Assembly: GCA_963782115.1 (NCBI GenBank)
Contig: CAWAIK010000001.1
Location: 640,001 to 704,000, forward strand
From: an uncultured Verrucomicrobiae bacterium
GTDB taxonomy: Bacteria > Verrucomicrobiota > Verrucomicrobiia > Chthoniobacterales > JAFAMB01
Length of the DNA: 64,000 nt
Direction: 5' to 3'
Numbering within the stretch: position 1 is the stretch's first letter; each line of letters opens with the position of its first letter. A program made the translations under genes and the position numbers. Shown one piece after another: positions 54,670-64,000 of this stretch. The notes beneath the pieces were generated by a model. That model worked only from the letters and a program-made list of their open reading frames with translations, was not told the origin of the DNA and did no database searches.

Positions 54670-54942
54670 GTTCCGCTTTTGTGCAAGGACCCGTAGTAAT
54701 TTGTGTGGGGTGTACAGCTCTACGCACGTCCACAACAAACGAGAAAGGAGCGCTGAGTCCTACTTCGGGCTGGATCGAGCGGCGGGGCGGCAAGGAAGCC
54801 ATTGATAGTGCGATCATACGAGCGTTATCAGGCGGGGATTTCTGGTTCTTTTAAAAGCGGTCGCTGTCATGCGGCATATGTCAACATACTAAGGCGACGC
54901 CTGAATGTGGTCAATTCATTTGGTCGTTACAGGGGGTAACCC

Positions 54943-56878
54943 CAGCGCCAATTCATGAGAGTCGTTTGAGGTTGGGATATTTGCTCAAGGCTAGGCAGAG
55001 TGCCGGACGGTGGTGGTCTTCGGACAAGGCGGATTGGAAATCGGTGGTGGTGACATGGTCTGGGCGTCGCTTGTACCCACTCCATTGCATGAAGAGGCTA
55101 TTGCTCAAGCGCAGGATCATTCCGAGAACCAACATAGCGTTGTCGTTGCGCACCCGGCAGCGGTCGTCGTTGTGGGAGATATCCAAGCGCTGATGCAAAC
55201 CGCTCTCGATGCCCCAGGCATCCCGGTTCAGACGCATCCAGTTTGTCGCATGGAGTCGTGAGGCCTCGACACTGGTGATCAGCGCCACCAGTTCGTCTTT
55301 GCGTCCTTCGGTCTGGCGCAACAGCAGAGCAGCCTGCTCGGCCAATGGGAAGCAGACCTGTTCACCGGTGACTGGCGCGGTGACAATACTGCGGCTTTCT
55401 TTGCGGCTTTTGTTGATTTCCTGCACGCGAGCCTTGGTGGGCGTCGGCTCATGAGGGGGGAAAATCGCCCTGAGGGGCGGCAACGAGGGTTTCGATCTGT
55501 TCGCGCACGGTGGGTTGATTCCCTTTGACTGTTAGCAGATAATCGGCCCCGTGTTCCAAGACCAGCGCGCGCGCGGTTTCGTCCTGGGTGTGTAAGGCGT
55601 CCAACGAGACCAACCGGCCTTCGAGCTCCAGGCGATTAAATAACTCTCGCGCCACGGGAATCTCGTTGGTCTTTTGGTCGACCAGTGCACTGCCCAAGTA
55701 ATGCTGGCTCGGTACGGTGACCGCGCTCAAAATCGAGGCGCCGCTGCCGTGCCTGGGTTCCTTGCCATCCAGTACGATCAATTGATCTTTGGGCGCCGAG
55801 CCGCGCATTTGCTCCTGGATGGCTAAAATGACTTCCTCCACCCTACGGGCATCGACCCGCTGGAGCAGACGGCAAAAGGTCGGCTGTGTCGGAGCAGGAT
55901 ACTTGCCTTTTGGGTTACGCCGGATGCCAAGAGCCCGGCGTTGCGCTTGGCTCAAGCCCCGCGCAAACTTGGCGATATCCTTTTGCCCGCGCGGAGCACC
56001 GCAGAGAGTGGCTAAAAGAAGGATCGTTAACATCGACCACAGCGGATAGGACTCGAAGCGCCCGCGAAAGTCTGGCACGGCCTTGAAGTGTTCGACCATC
56101 GAGCGGATTTCCTTCACCGTACGCGTGCAGGGTGGCGACACCTTTTGTTCGACCACCGCCAACGCTGGCTTGAGATGTTCGGCCTGAAGACTGCGGCGGG
56201 CGTTTTTGAACAGTTGGCGGCAGAAGAGGCGTTTGGGCTGGTCGTGTTTAACGTAGTAATCGCGCCGATGACGGCCCCAGCCGTCGGTCTGGCCCAGTTC
56301 GCTCCAGCCGCTGGCCGAATAAACTGTACCGCAAAACTGGGCAACATCGACGAAGGTTTCGACCACCAACACCGGATGGCCGTAAGAGCTCTGCCAATCG
56401 GTGGGAAGGCGATCCAGGGTCAGGCGCAGCACCTTGCTCGCCAGGTTGGGCACGGAGCGCTCGGGCAGGATAAGGAAGCGGCTGTTGTTAGTCACCAGGC
56501 TCAGGCGACGGTGGCGTTGAGCAGCGCTCCATCCGATCCATTGGTCGCGATGCTTGAGGTGCTTGGCTGGAGCGCTGAAGACCAGCAAGGCCAGCCATTG
56601 ACCTTGGGCATCGGTGGCCACGTAGTGGAGGCGTTCGCCCACCGCTTTGAGGCTTCCCAGATAGTGATGCTCATCGAGCAATTGTTTGAAACGCTCCAGT
56701 TCGGCGCGCTCCACAAGCCGCACTTGGACTTGGTCTAATAAGGCTTGTTGGTCGCAGTTAGGCAGTCGCAGAGTTTTACTCACGCCCGCGAGGATAAAAA
56801 ATTGCTAAACAAATGTCCCGCAAAAAGATTCTTCTTCCTCTCACTAAACGACATACCCACCGCCAGGCATTGGCCCTG
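54943..56878 (-). mobile_element. ISAs1-family insertion sequence
   Basis: Ends CAGCGCCAAT / ATTGGCCCTG; 9-bp target duplication GGGTAACCC at 54934-54942 and 56879-56887. Confidence 0.9.
54953..56783 (-). CDS. DUF4338-fused ISAs1 transposase split by a +1 frameshift
   Basis: EHHYLG...RDQWIGW...NNSRFLIL...ETFVD (DUF4338); LDGK, NEIP, DALHTQ, TVKGNQP; second frame WGIESGLH...D...NDD. Confidence 0.88.
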
Positions 56879-57725
56879 GGGTAACCCTAATGGGGTAGAC
56901 GCAAAAAAGGTATCGGAATCCCTCTATTGTTGAAGACCGCGAGGGACCGGGAAAGGCACAACTGTTCAACCCCGATTGGTCAGCGATCGTTTTTGTGGTT
57001 TCCCCGCTCGCAACGCGTGAAGGAGCACGAAGCAACCGAGAATATTGAGACGCGACTGATAGCGGATGTGGGCTTCCTTAGTCATATTTTGTAATACGGT
57101 CAAATGCGTTGCCGCTTTAGATCAGAGCATCCCCGAAACGAACCACTCAGGCTCGGGTTGGTGGACATAAGACTCGCTTTCTCCCTCCGTGACGAGATGT
57201 CGGCGGAGCGGCAACGACAAAGGAGGGCAGAGGGTTAAAAGCCCTTCGCGCCATTCAGTAGTCCACCCGCACGGAAGCCGCTAAATAGTTGTCTGGTTAG
57301 AATTCGAGAGGCGAGATGCGCTGAATGGCAAAATCTGCGACTGCTTCGGCGATCCCCCACATAAAACCATCGGCCCTCGGAATCGCCTGCGAACGCTCGG
57401 AATCAATTTTCGGCGTGCTTTCGGCGGACTTCAGAGAACTTCGCCTCCTCATCAAAAATTCCACGAATATTGTTGATTTTCAGCCTATCCATACATACAA
57501 CGGTTATCGACATATCTGGTAGGCAAGTGAGTGCTTGCCTTCCGCAAAAAAACACAGGAAATCCCGGCGTGCGTCAAGTGGTGAGCGGCGCACGTCGGCA
57601 ACCTTATCCGGCCCTGAAAGGAAGGACGAGGATCCTCAACTCCGCAGAACTGTTCGGTTTCTTGTGCGCGCGTTTGGCGACGTGTCCGATATCCCCTGGA
57701 CCCCTTGGGCACGGTTTCTGTAACG

Positions 57726-58070
57726 TCAAGATGGCATCTGGATTATCCAAAACTTTTTCCCGTTTTCACCCTCAAATGTCGGTTTTTCTGTAGCCTCGTC
57801 TAAAGGGCGCCCAATCCCTTGAAATTTAAATTTAAAGTCCGCGTTAAGGGCGATTTTCAAATGCTTGCAAATTTGCCGTTTTTCTTCCTCTGTGATGCTT
57901 TGCCTAATAGCATCGTCCACTTTTGGGTTTGGACCCACGAAATTGCGGTTTGGATATTGCTGTTTAAGGTCTAGGACTGTCGCTGTCGGTACACCGATGA
58001 CGAAACTGCCAAATACCCTATCGCCATGGAGGGTCTCGACCCGTAAATATCGTTTTTCGAGGGACATCAC
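57726..58070 (-). CDS. Hypothetical protein
   Basis: 114-aa AT-richer ORF near the right end of the element. Confidence 0.6.
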   Translation of the reverse strand: MMSLEKRYLRVETLHGDRVFGSFVIGVPTATVLDLKQQYPNRNFVGPNPKVDDAIRQSITEEEKRQICKHLKIALNADFKFKFQGIGRPLDEATEKPTFEGENGKKFWIIQMPS

Positions 58071-58298
58071 AGAAGGTTGGTACCTGGGAGCGGTGGTTGT
58101 CGAGCATGGATGGAATCATATGACCTTTGGAACGAATCAGGCCGGCGCTATACAGGCGCGTTTTCTATCGATCGGCGTGGCGCCAGCCACATCGGAAAGG
58201 TACGAGTGGCGAAGCGTAAGAAGGCGCTAGAGACGGCGAAAGTTGATGGAGCGTTTACTTTGCTGCCGTGATCTCGCCAGGCGATTGCGGAAGTCCAG

Positions 58299-58324
58299 GA
58301 AAAGTGTGCTAAAAGTGTGCTACT
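58299..58324 (+). repeat. Putative integrase arm-type sites (right)
   Basis: Identical to 44963-44988. Confidence 0.8.
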
Positions 58325-58353
58325 CCGCTATTTCTCCTAGGAAAGCTACTGGC

Positions 58354-58380
58354 TTCTGGCCGCACGCAGTCTCTGGATAA
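58354..58380 (+). repeat. attR core plus displaced original gene end
   Basis: TTC TGG CCG CAC GCA GTC TCT GGA TAA = FWPHAVSG*. Confidence 0.85.
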
Positions 58381-58501
58381 CGGTAGCGCGAAAAGCTCAC
58401 AGGGCTTGGCTGGTGAGACGCAGATATGGGCGCTTCGCTTGCGCCTTGAAAAACAGCCAACTGACCTCCGGCGACATCACCATTATATGCGAGACGGTGC
58501 A

Positions 58502-59932
58502 CTACTGTACCGTTACGGCTTCTTCGACGGGGTCTTCTCCCTGGAGATAGGTCTTGCCGCGATAGAATCGTGCAACAAAAACGAAGAGAATCGCCGTAAG
58601 GAACATCAGCAGACTGAAGAATCGAAAGTAGGCGGCGTGTTTGAGATCGATCCCGAGATTACTGAGGCTTGGGATCAGAAAGTTCAGGATGGCCGTAAAT
58701 TGGTTCCCTAAGGCGACCGTGAAAAGCCAGGTCGCCATGACGATGCTTTTCATCTTTTTAGGGGCCTGGGTGTACGAAAATTCCAAGCCGGTGATTGAAA
58801 CCATCACTTCACTCGCAGTCAACAAGACGTATGCCAGAAGCTGCCAGGCCACGCTCGGTCTCGCTCCCCCGTCGATGCGGGTCTGAATCCACCAAATCAC
58901 CACGAAAGACGCGGCAATCAGGAAAAGCCCGATGCCTATCTTTCGCAACGGAGTCAGGGGAAAAACACGCTCAACGGCTGGATAAATGAAATAGTTAAAA
59001 AGTGGCACCAGTGCCAGAATCAGGAGCGGATTTGCCACCTGGACCTGTTCTGGCAAAAGCTTGAGTCCTAGAAAATGAAGATTCAGGTCCCGGGCTTGCA
59101 AGGTCCATTCCCCACCGGAACTTTGGTCCCAAAGCGACCAGAAAACTGCGACGAAAAGGTAGACTATGAATAAACGCCCGATAGCACCGAGTCCTTCGCC
59201 GCTGAAAAATTCGCGAAGGAAACCGAGGCCGCCCCTCGGAATGTGAACGAATTTCTTTCTTCCCATCCAGAAGACAATCGTCGCAGTCAGCATCAGCAAG
59301 CCGGGCAATCCAAAGGCATAACGCGGTCCGAGATTCTTATCGTTCAGGAGGATAGGGCAGAGGTAAGTGGAAACCGAGGATCCCAAGTTAATTGAGAGAT
59401 AAAACCAGCCGAAGACTCGGGAAAGCAGATGATGGTTGCCGGCCCCGAATTGATCTCCGACATGCGCAGACACGCACGGCTTGATTCCGCCTGAGCCGAT
59501 TGCGATGAGGAGCAGGCCGATGAAAAGCCCCAATCGCGTATCGTTTATCGCCAATGCCAGGTGGCCAAGGCAATAAACAACGGATAGCGAGATGATCGTA
59601 CGGTATTTGCCTAGCAACCCATCCGAGATGATCGCCCCCAGAATCGGGAGAAAATAAACTCCGAAAACAAATTCATGAAACCATCCAGCCGCCTCGTTAT
59701 CGTTCATTGCAGCAGGCTGGCCGCTGGCGCTCATGAGATAAGTCGTCATGAAGACGACCAGAATGGAACGCATCCCGTAAAAGCTGAATCTTTCTGCCGC
59801 TTCGTTCCCGATGATGTACGGCACGCCGGGCGGCATTCCTGAAAAATTCCTGTCCGGTGATGGGCGATAGGTTGAACCTCTTGCGCTGCCATCGTCCGCT
59901 GAAATCTTCCGAGAAGGACGCGATTCTGACAT
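58502..59932 (-). CDS. POT/PTR-family peptide:H+ symporter
   Basis: NEAAERFSFYGMR, GSGGIKPCVSAHVGDQF, FYLSINLGS, GLEFSYTQAP. Confidence 0.95.
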   Translation of the reverse strand: MSESRPSRKISADDGSARGSTYRPSPDRNFSGMPPGVPYIIGNEAAERFSFYGMRSILVVFMTTYLMSASGQPAAMNDNEAAGWFHEFVFGVYFLPILGAIISDGLLGKYRTIISLSVVYCLGHLALAINDTRLGLFIGLLLIAIGSGGIKPCVSAHVGDQFGAGNHHLLSRVFGWFYLSINLGSSVSTYLCPILLNDKNLGPRYAFGLPGLLMLTATIVFWMGRKKFVHIPRGGLGFLREFFSGEGLGAIGRLFIVYLFVAVFWSLWDQSSGGEWTLQARDLNLHFLGLKLLPEQVQVANPLLILALVPLFNYFIYPAVERVFPLTPLRKIGIGLFLIAASFVVIWWIQTRIDGGARPSVAWQLLAYVLLTASEVMVSITGLEFSYTQAPKKMKSIVMATWLFTVALGNQFTAILNFLIPSLSNLGIDLKHAAYFRFFSLLMFLTAILFVFVARFYRGKTYLQGEDPVEEAVTVQ

Positions 59933-60024
59933 GAGCTCAGGATCGTGGCCCGCAGACCGGAAATTTGCAATCCGCCACACTAGTTCGAAAATCTCACAAC
60001 CCCAAGCGCTCGTGAGATTTCGCA

Positions 60025-60216
60025 CTAGCCAACTTCGCGTCTGTGGCCTTGCTCGTCGTACTCATAAGTTTTGCCGTTTTCTTCATCCCTGGTTCGCTTG
60101 TGCGATCCATCGCAAAACGGTTGATTCTTGGATAGACCGCACATGCAGATCCAAACGGATTTTTCCTGCGGCTTAATCTCAAGAGGTCCCTGGTCGGATT
60201 TGAGGACTTTGCGCAT
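60025..60216 (-). CDS. CDGSH iron-sulfur domain protein
   Basis: ICMCGLSKNQPFCDGSH. Confidence 0.93.
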   Translation of the reverse strand: MRKVLKSDQGPLEIKPQEKSVWICMCGLSKNQPFCDGSHKRTRDEENGKTYEYDEQGHRREVG

Positions 60217-60295
60217 TGGAGATGCTTAAATCCAATTTGAGCAACAAGTCGAGTCACAATTGCTCCGGTGCCCCTCAGCCCGTTTCGAGAGCTAA

Positions 60296-61066
60296 TCAAG
60301 GTTGGACCTTGCCCATCAGCGCCAGCATTTCGGCCAGACAGATGCCGGCCACGATCGAGGCTCGCTCGAGGGCGTCCTCTGCTTCGGCGACTTGACCGCT
60401 CTGGAGCCCGGCGATGCCGATATTCAAGTGGCGCACCAGCGCATGAAACCACTGCAGGATCAGGTTAAAACGTTCGTTCAGCTCAGGTCTTTCGCGCCGT
60501 CCTTCTCGCTCATCGAGTTCGGCCAGATAAGCACCGTTCAACGAGACCAGACCGCATCGGCAAAACACCAGCAGAAAATCCTGGGCCTCGATTGTGGGCA
60601 GCAACTTGGCGGTGGATAATCCAAGGATGATCCTTAAAATCGGTCTGCTGTAATAAGCGAAATGGATTTCAACCGCAGCTCGGCATCCTTGGTCTTCAAG
60701 GGTCTTACGTTCCGCCAGGTCGAACTGCAGTGACTTCAGCGAGTGATGCAAAACCAGTTTCAAGTCGTCGTGTGATTCAGCAGACGCTTCTCGCTGAACG
60801 ATCTCTGCCGGGGGAGAGGCTTCTCGCTCTTGTCGGACCTGACCGCCCTCTAGAGTCAATCGAATTCGATGACTAGTCTGACGGGCAGGTTTCCATAGGT
60901 AACCGAGCAGATGCTCAATCGGAAGAAGCTTTGCCAGCGTCAGAATGAATGCTTCTGCGCAGGTCTCGACAGTAAACCGCGGCATCGCACGCCTCAGAAA
61001 AAAGTTCATCGCTCGCGGCAATTGGCGAATTTCAGGTTTCAGGTCGTTTAGCGGGTCATCGCTCAT
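60296..61066 (-). CDS. Hypothetical protein
   Basis: Long ORF filling the intergenic space; no recognised motif. Confidence 0.6.
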   Translation of the reverse strand: MSDDPLNDLKPEIRQLPRAMNFFLRRAMPRFTVETCAEAFILTLAKLLPIEHLLGYLWKPARQTSHRIRLTLEGGQVRQEREASPPAEIVQREASAESHDDLKLVLHHSLKSLQFDLAERKTLEDQGCRAAVEIHFAYYSRPILRIILGLSTAKLLPTIEAQDFLLVFCRCGLVSLNGAYLAELDEREGRRERPELNERFNLILQWFHALVRHLNIGIAGLQSGQVAEAEDALERASIVAGICLAEMLALMGKVQP

Positions 61067-61209
61067 CGGCTGATTCGCATATGTTAGAAGGATTCGAGCA
61101 AAATTGCCAGCGGAGGGAGTGTCCGCGAAAGACTGTCTGGTGAATGATTTTCGGCAAAGCGACAAGGAAGAAGAGTGGCGGATCCAAAAGCTGAATGAGA
61201 TCCTGGGTT

Positions 61210-62913
61210 ATGGAAATAAATGTCGAACGAATCGGCAGGTCGGAAGCGAGGAAATCAAGCAGCAGAGGGGCGGACATCCTTCTGGATGTCCTGCGCTCGG
61301 AGGGGACGCGCTACATTTTCGGCAATCCTGGAACGACTGAGTTGCCATTGATCGATGCATTGGTGACGGTACCGGACATCCGTTACGTCTGGGGACTACA
61401 GGAAGCTACCGCAGTTTCGATAGCGGACGGGTACGCACAAGCATCCGGTAACCCTGCCTTCGTCAATCTGCATACGGCCGGCGGTCTGGGTCACGGTATG
61501 GGAGCGATTATGAATGCGAAGATCGCCAGGGTCCCGATGATTGTCACTGCCGGGCAGCAGGATCTCCGTCATTTTTTAGCCGACCCATTGCTGGCCGCCG
61601 ATCTCGTGGGGATGGCCGCCCCAATTGCCAAATGGTGTTTCGAACCAAATTCGCTCGATGATTTGCCCTTGATTCTCCGCCGGGCCTTTCACAATTCGAT
61701 GTCGCCGCCGCGCGGTCCGGTTTTCCTTTCTCTTCCGATGAATATCATGGACGAATCAGGTTCTCCTCCCCTCCTTCCGGCAAGCCGCATCGAACGGGCG
61801 AGCGTCGGTTCAGGGGTTCCAGATCTGGCTGCGGAACTGTTGCAGTTCAGGCCCGGCCGGACCGTGATTGTTGCCGGAAACGATATCGCCGAGTCCGGTG
61901 TAGATGAATCTATCGCCCGAGTGGCGCGGTTGTTAGGCGCGCCTGTCTACGGGTCCTCCTGGCCGTCAGTCAACAACTTCGCTTCCGTTAATCCATTCTG
62001 GCGCGGTTCGTTGCCGATAACCGCCAAGGGAATTTCCGAGGTTCTCGGTCAATACGATTGCATGCTGGGGCTTGGTGGAAAGACGCTGCTCGCGATAGTC
62101 TACACGGCCAGGGATCCGATTCCGGAAAACATCACGTTTTATCATATCTCGGAAGATGGCAACGATCTCTGCCACAATGACGCGCCCAGGATAGGCATCG
62201 TCGGAAATGTCAAAGCGACATTGGAAGTTCTGGCGGAGGAACTTGAGCGCAAGATTCCTCCGGACACCGTCGAAAGAAACGTCAATATCGCGCGAGAAGT
62301 CAGGGAAGGTCAGCAGCGTGCGCTGAGACAACAAGCAGAGGTAGCTGCCAGAGATCCGCAAATCCGGCCGATCGTTGCGGTGCGGGAGACAATGCGATCT
62401 TTGGCGGACGGAACGTTGCTGGTCGATGAGGCGCCCTGTGCCAACGCGTTCACGCAGCCGATGCATCGATCGACAGCCGCAAAGCAATATTTTCACAATC
62501 GCGGCGGAGCTTTGGGCTGGGGAATGCCGGCGTCCGTTGGTGTTTCATTGGCTCATGACAGAGCGCCGGTCCTTAGTATCGTCGGAGATGGTTCAGCGCT
62601 CTATTCACCGCAGGCACTCTGGAGCGCAGTGCATGAGGAGACGCCGGTTGTGTTCGTCATCTTAAACAATGCCGAATACGGAATTCTGAAAGAATTCATG
62701 TTGAATCAACCGCAATATAACGCTCAAAAGTATGGCTTCTTAGCGATGGATCTTTGTGATCCGTTGGTCAATTTCCAGTTCCTCGCCAAGTCGATGGGCG
62801 TTTCTGCGCAGAAGGTGACTTCGAAAGCTGAGATCAGCGGTATGGTCGAAGCGGCCTTGGCTTCCGGGAAATCCCAATTGATCGAAATCCCTGTAACGAA
62901 TGAGCGCTCGTAA
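61210..62913 (+). CDS. ThDP-dependent enzyme, benzoylformate decarboxylase-like
   Basis: IFGNPGTTELP, NLHTAGGLG, GGALGWGMP, GDGSALY...NN. Confidence 0.9.
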   Translation: MEINVERIGRSEARKSSSRGADILLDVLRSEGTRYIFGNPGTTELPLIDALVTVPDIRYVWGLQEATAVSIADGYAQASGNPAFVNLHTAGGLGHGMGAIMNAKIARVPMIVTAGQQDLRHFLADPLLAADLVGMAAPIAKWCFEPNSLDDLPLILRRAFHNSMSPPRGPVFLSLPMNIMDESGSPPLLPASRIERASVGSGVPDLAAELLQFRPGRTVIVAGNDIAESGVDESIARVARLLGAPVYGSSWPSVNNFASVNPFWRGSLPITAKGISEVLGQYDCMLGLGGKTLLAIVYTARDPIPENITFYHISEDGNDLCHNDAPRIGIVGNVKATLEVLAEELERKIPPDTVERNVNIAREVREGQQRALRQQAEVAARDPQIRPIVAVRETMRSLADGTLLVDEAPCANAFTQPMHRSTAAKQYFHNRGGALGWGMPASVGVSLAHDRAPVLSIVGDGSALYSPQALWSAVHEETPVVFVILNNAEYGILKEFMLNQPQYNAQKYGFLAMDLCDPLVNFQFLAKSMGVSAQKVTSKAEISGMVEAALASGKSQLIEIPVTNERS

Positions 62914-63038
62914 CCAGCCTTACCTTTAAATGGCGCCAGGATCGCTAATAGTCGCGACCGGCGATCGACAATTTCTTCATGCAGCGAAGCCGCCACTGAT
63001 CCGCCTGCCAGACCCTCGTGGTGATCGCTCGATGCGAA

Positions 63039-63827
63039 TTACGATTGTTGTGCTTCTCCGGTATCCCGGTGCTTGAGAAATGCCTTGAACAATTCGATGG
63101 GCAGAGGCAAACAAATCACTGTGCTGTGCTCGGCGGAGATTTCGCGCATCGTCTGCAAGAAGCGGAGTTGCAGGGCGGTGGGTTGAGTGGAAATCATGCG
63201 AGCCGCTTGAACAAGTTTCTCGGCCGCCTGAAATTCGCCTTCGGAATCAATGATTTTAGCGCGGCGTTCCCGTTCGCTCTCGGCTTGCCCGGCCATGGCG
63301 CGTTGCATTGTGTCGGGCAACACCACATCCTTGACCTCAACGACAGTGACTTTTATCCCCCACGGTTCTGTATGACGGTCGATAATTTCCTGCAGGCGCT
63401 GATTGATTTTTTCGCGTTGCGCTAGCAATTCGTCCAGCTCCGCCTGCCCAATGACACTACGCAACGTGGTTTGAGCTATCAACGAGCTCGCTTGGAGGTA
63501 GTTTTCCACCTTGACGATGGCGGCCTCTGGGTCCGTTACCCGAAAATAGACGACAGCGTCCACTGTGACCGGGACGTTATCGCGAGTCATCATTTCTTGT
63601 TTGGGTACGGCCATGGCGATCACTCGCAGGTCCACTTTCACCATCCGGTCAACAAACGGGATCAGTGTGATCAGACCTGGTCCCTTGGCCTGGAGCAATT
63701 TACCCAGCCGGAAAATCACGCCGCGCTCATATTCGCGCAGGATCCGGATTACCTGTAGCGCTAGCAATGAAACTAGGATGACGATCGGGATCACCAATAC
63801 GCTGAATGTCTGTACTAATTCTTGCAT
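63039..63827 (-). CDS. SPFH/stomatin-like (slipin) protein
   Basis: [49 protein letters not shown]. Confidence 0.95.
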   Translation of the reverse strand: MQELVQTFSVLVIPIVILVSLLALQVIRILREYERGVIFRLGKLLQAKGPGLITLIPFVDRMVKVDLRVIAMAVPKQEMMTRDNVPVTVDAVVYFRVTDPEAAIVKVENYLQASSLIAQTTLRSVIGQAELDELLAQREKINQRLQEIIDRHTEPWGIKVTVVEVKDVVLPDTMQRAMAGQAESERERRAKIIDSEGEFQAAEKLVQAARMISTQPTALQLRFLQTMREISAEHSTVICLPLPIELFKAFLKHRDTGEAQQS

Positions 63828-63864
63828 GCTTCCTCCGCGAATCGTGTTTGCATGGGAGGATGAT

Positions 63865-64000
63865 AACACGTGGCATGGTGCGGTGAAACGCCGTATCAAA
63901 GCAGGCCACCTGCGGCAGCGTCGGATGACGCTGGCGGAACGCCTCAATCAGTTCGATCTCGCGGGGCAAATGTTATGTTCTGGGTCATAGGGGCTGATCC
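63865..64000 (-). pseudogene. ackA: Acetate kinase fragment
   Basis: [14 protein letters not shown]...[17 protein letters not shown], then truncated; 5-bp duplication frameshift. Confidence 0.8.

Larger units (their letters stand above)
44844..58367. mobile_element. Integrated phage-satellite-like element, about 13.5 kb
   Basis: Direct repeat TTCTGGCCGCACGC at 44844-44857 and 58354-58367; integrase next to the left end; replication and packaging modules, no capsid or tail genes. Confidence 0.88.

Noticed and set aside
44963..58324. 26-bp direct repeat as the att core
   Set aside because: It is internally tandem like arm-type sites, and a separate 14-bp repeat outside it reconstitutes the host gene end

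Overview
Bacterial chromosomal window, most likely soil Verrucomicrobia (Chthoniobacterales-like; inferred from gene content and style, not from a marker gene). Many conserved genes between about 7 and 32 kb are broken by single-base indels that look like long-read assembly errors. The core content is a nuoD-N complex I operon (no nuoABC) divergent from a type II NADH dehydrogenase, with a perfect Rex-type operator between them, then NUDIX, UbiA-family, metH, an ECF sigma/anti-sigma pair, lysA, folD, gnd, moaE, pgsA, ruvA, lpxK, thrB, rph, a COG0523 GTPase, rpmB, an S41 protease, pfk, hpnB, a POT transporter, a CDGSH protein, a ThDP decarboxylase and a stomatin. Three accessory zones stand out. 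(1) 0.1-2.9 kb: a VapBC pair beside permuted relics of an LRR-Roc-COR-TIR gene. (2) 28.4-30.5 kb: a nested structure in which a 1.57-kb shell with IS50/Tn5-like 19-bp ends and a 10-bp target duplication sits in the centre of a REP palindrome and carries a RAYT gene plus progressively deleted REP-flanked copies of it instead of a DDE transposase. (3) 44,844-58,367: a 13.5-kb capsid-less, phage-satellite-like element integrated in the 3' end of a small protein gene whose C-terminus it restores. It has an integrase, primase-helicase, iterons, a cos-like packaging region, Nu1-like TerS, a TerL stub, candidate defence cargo (HTH-ImmA/IrrE + DUF4411 PIN, Clp-fold SDH protease) and a DUF4338-fused ISAs1 element.
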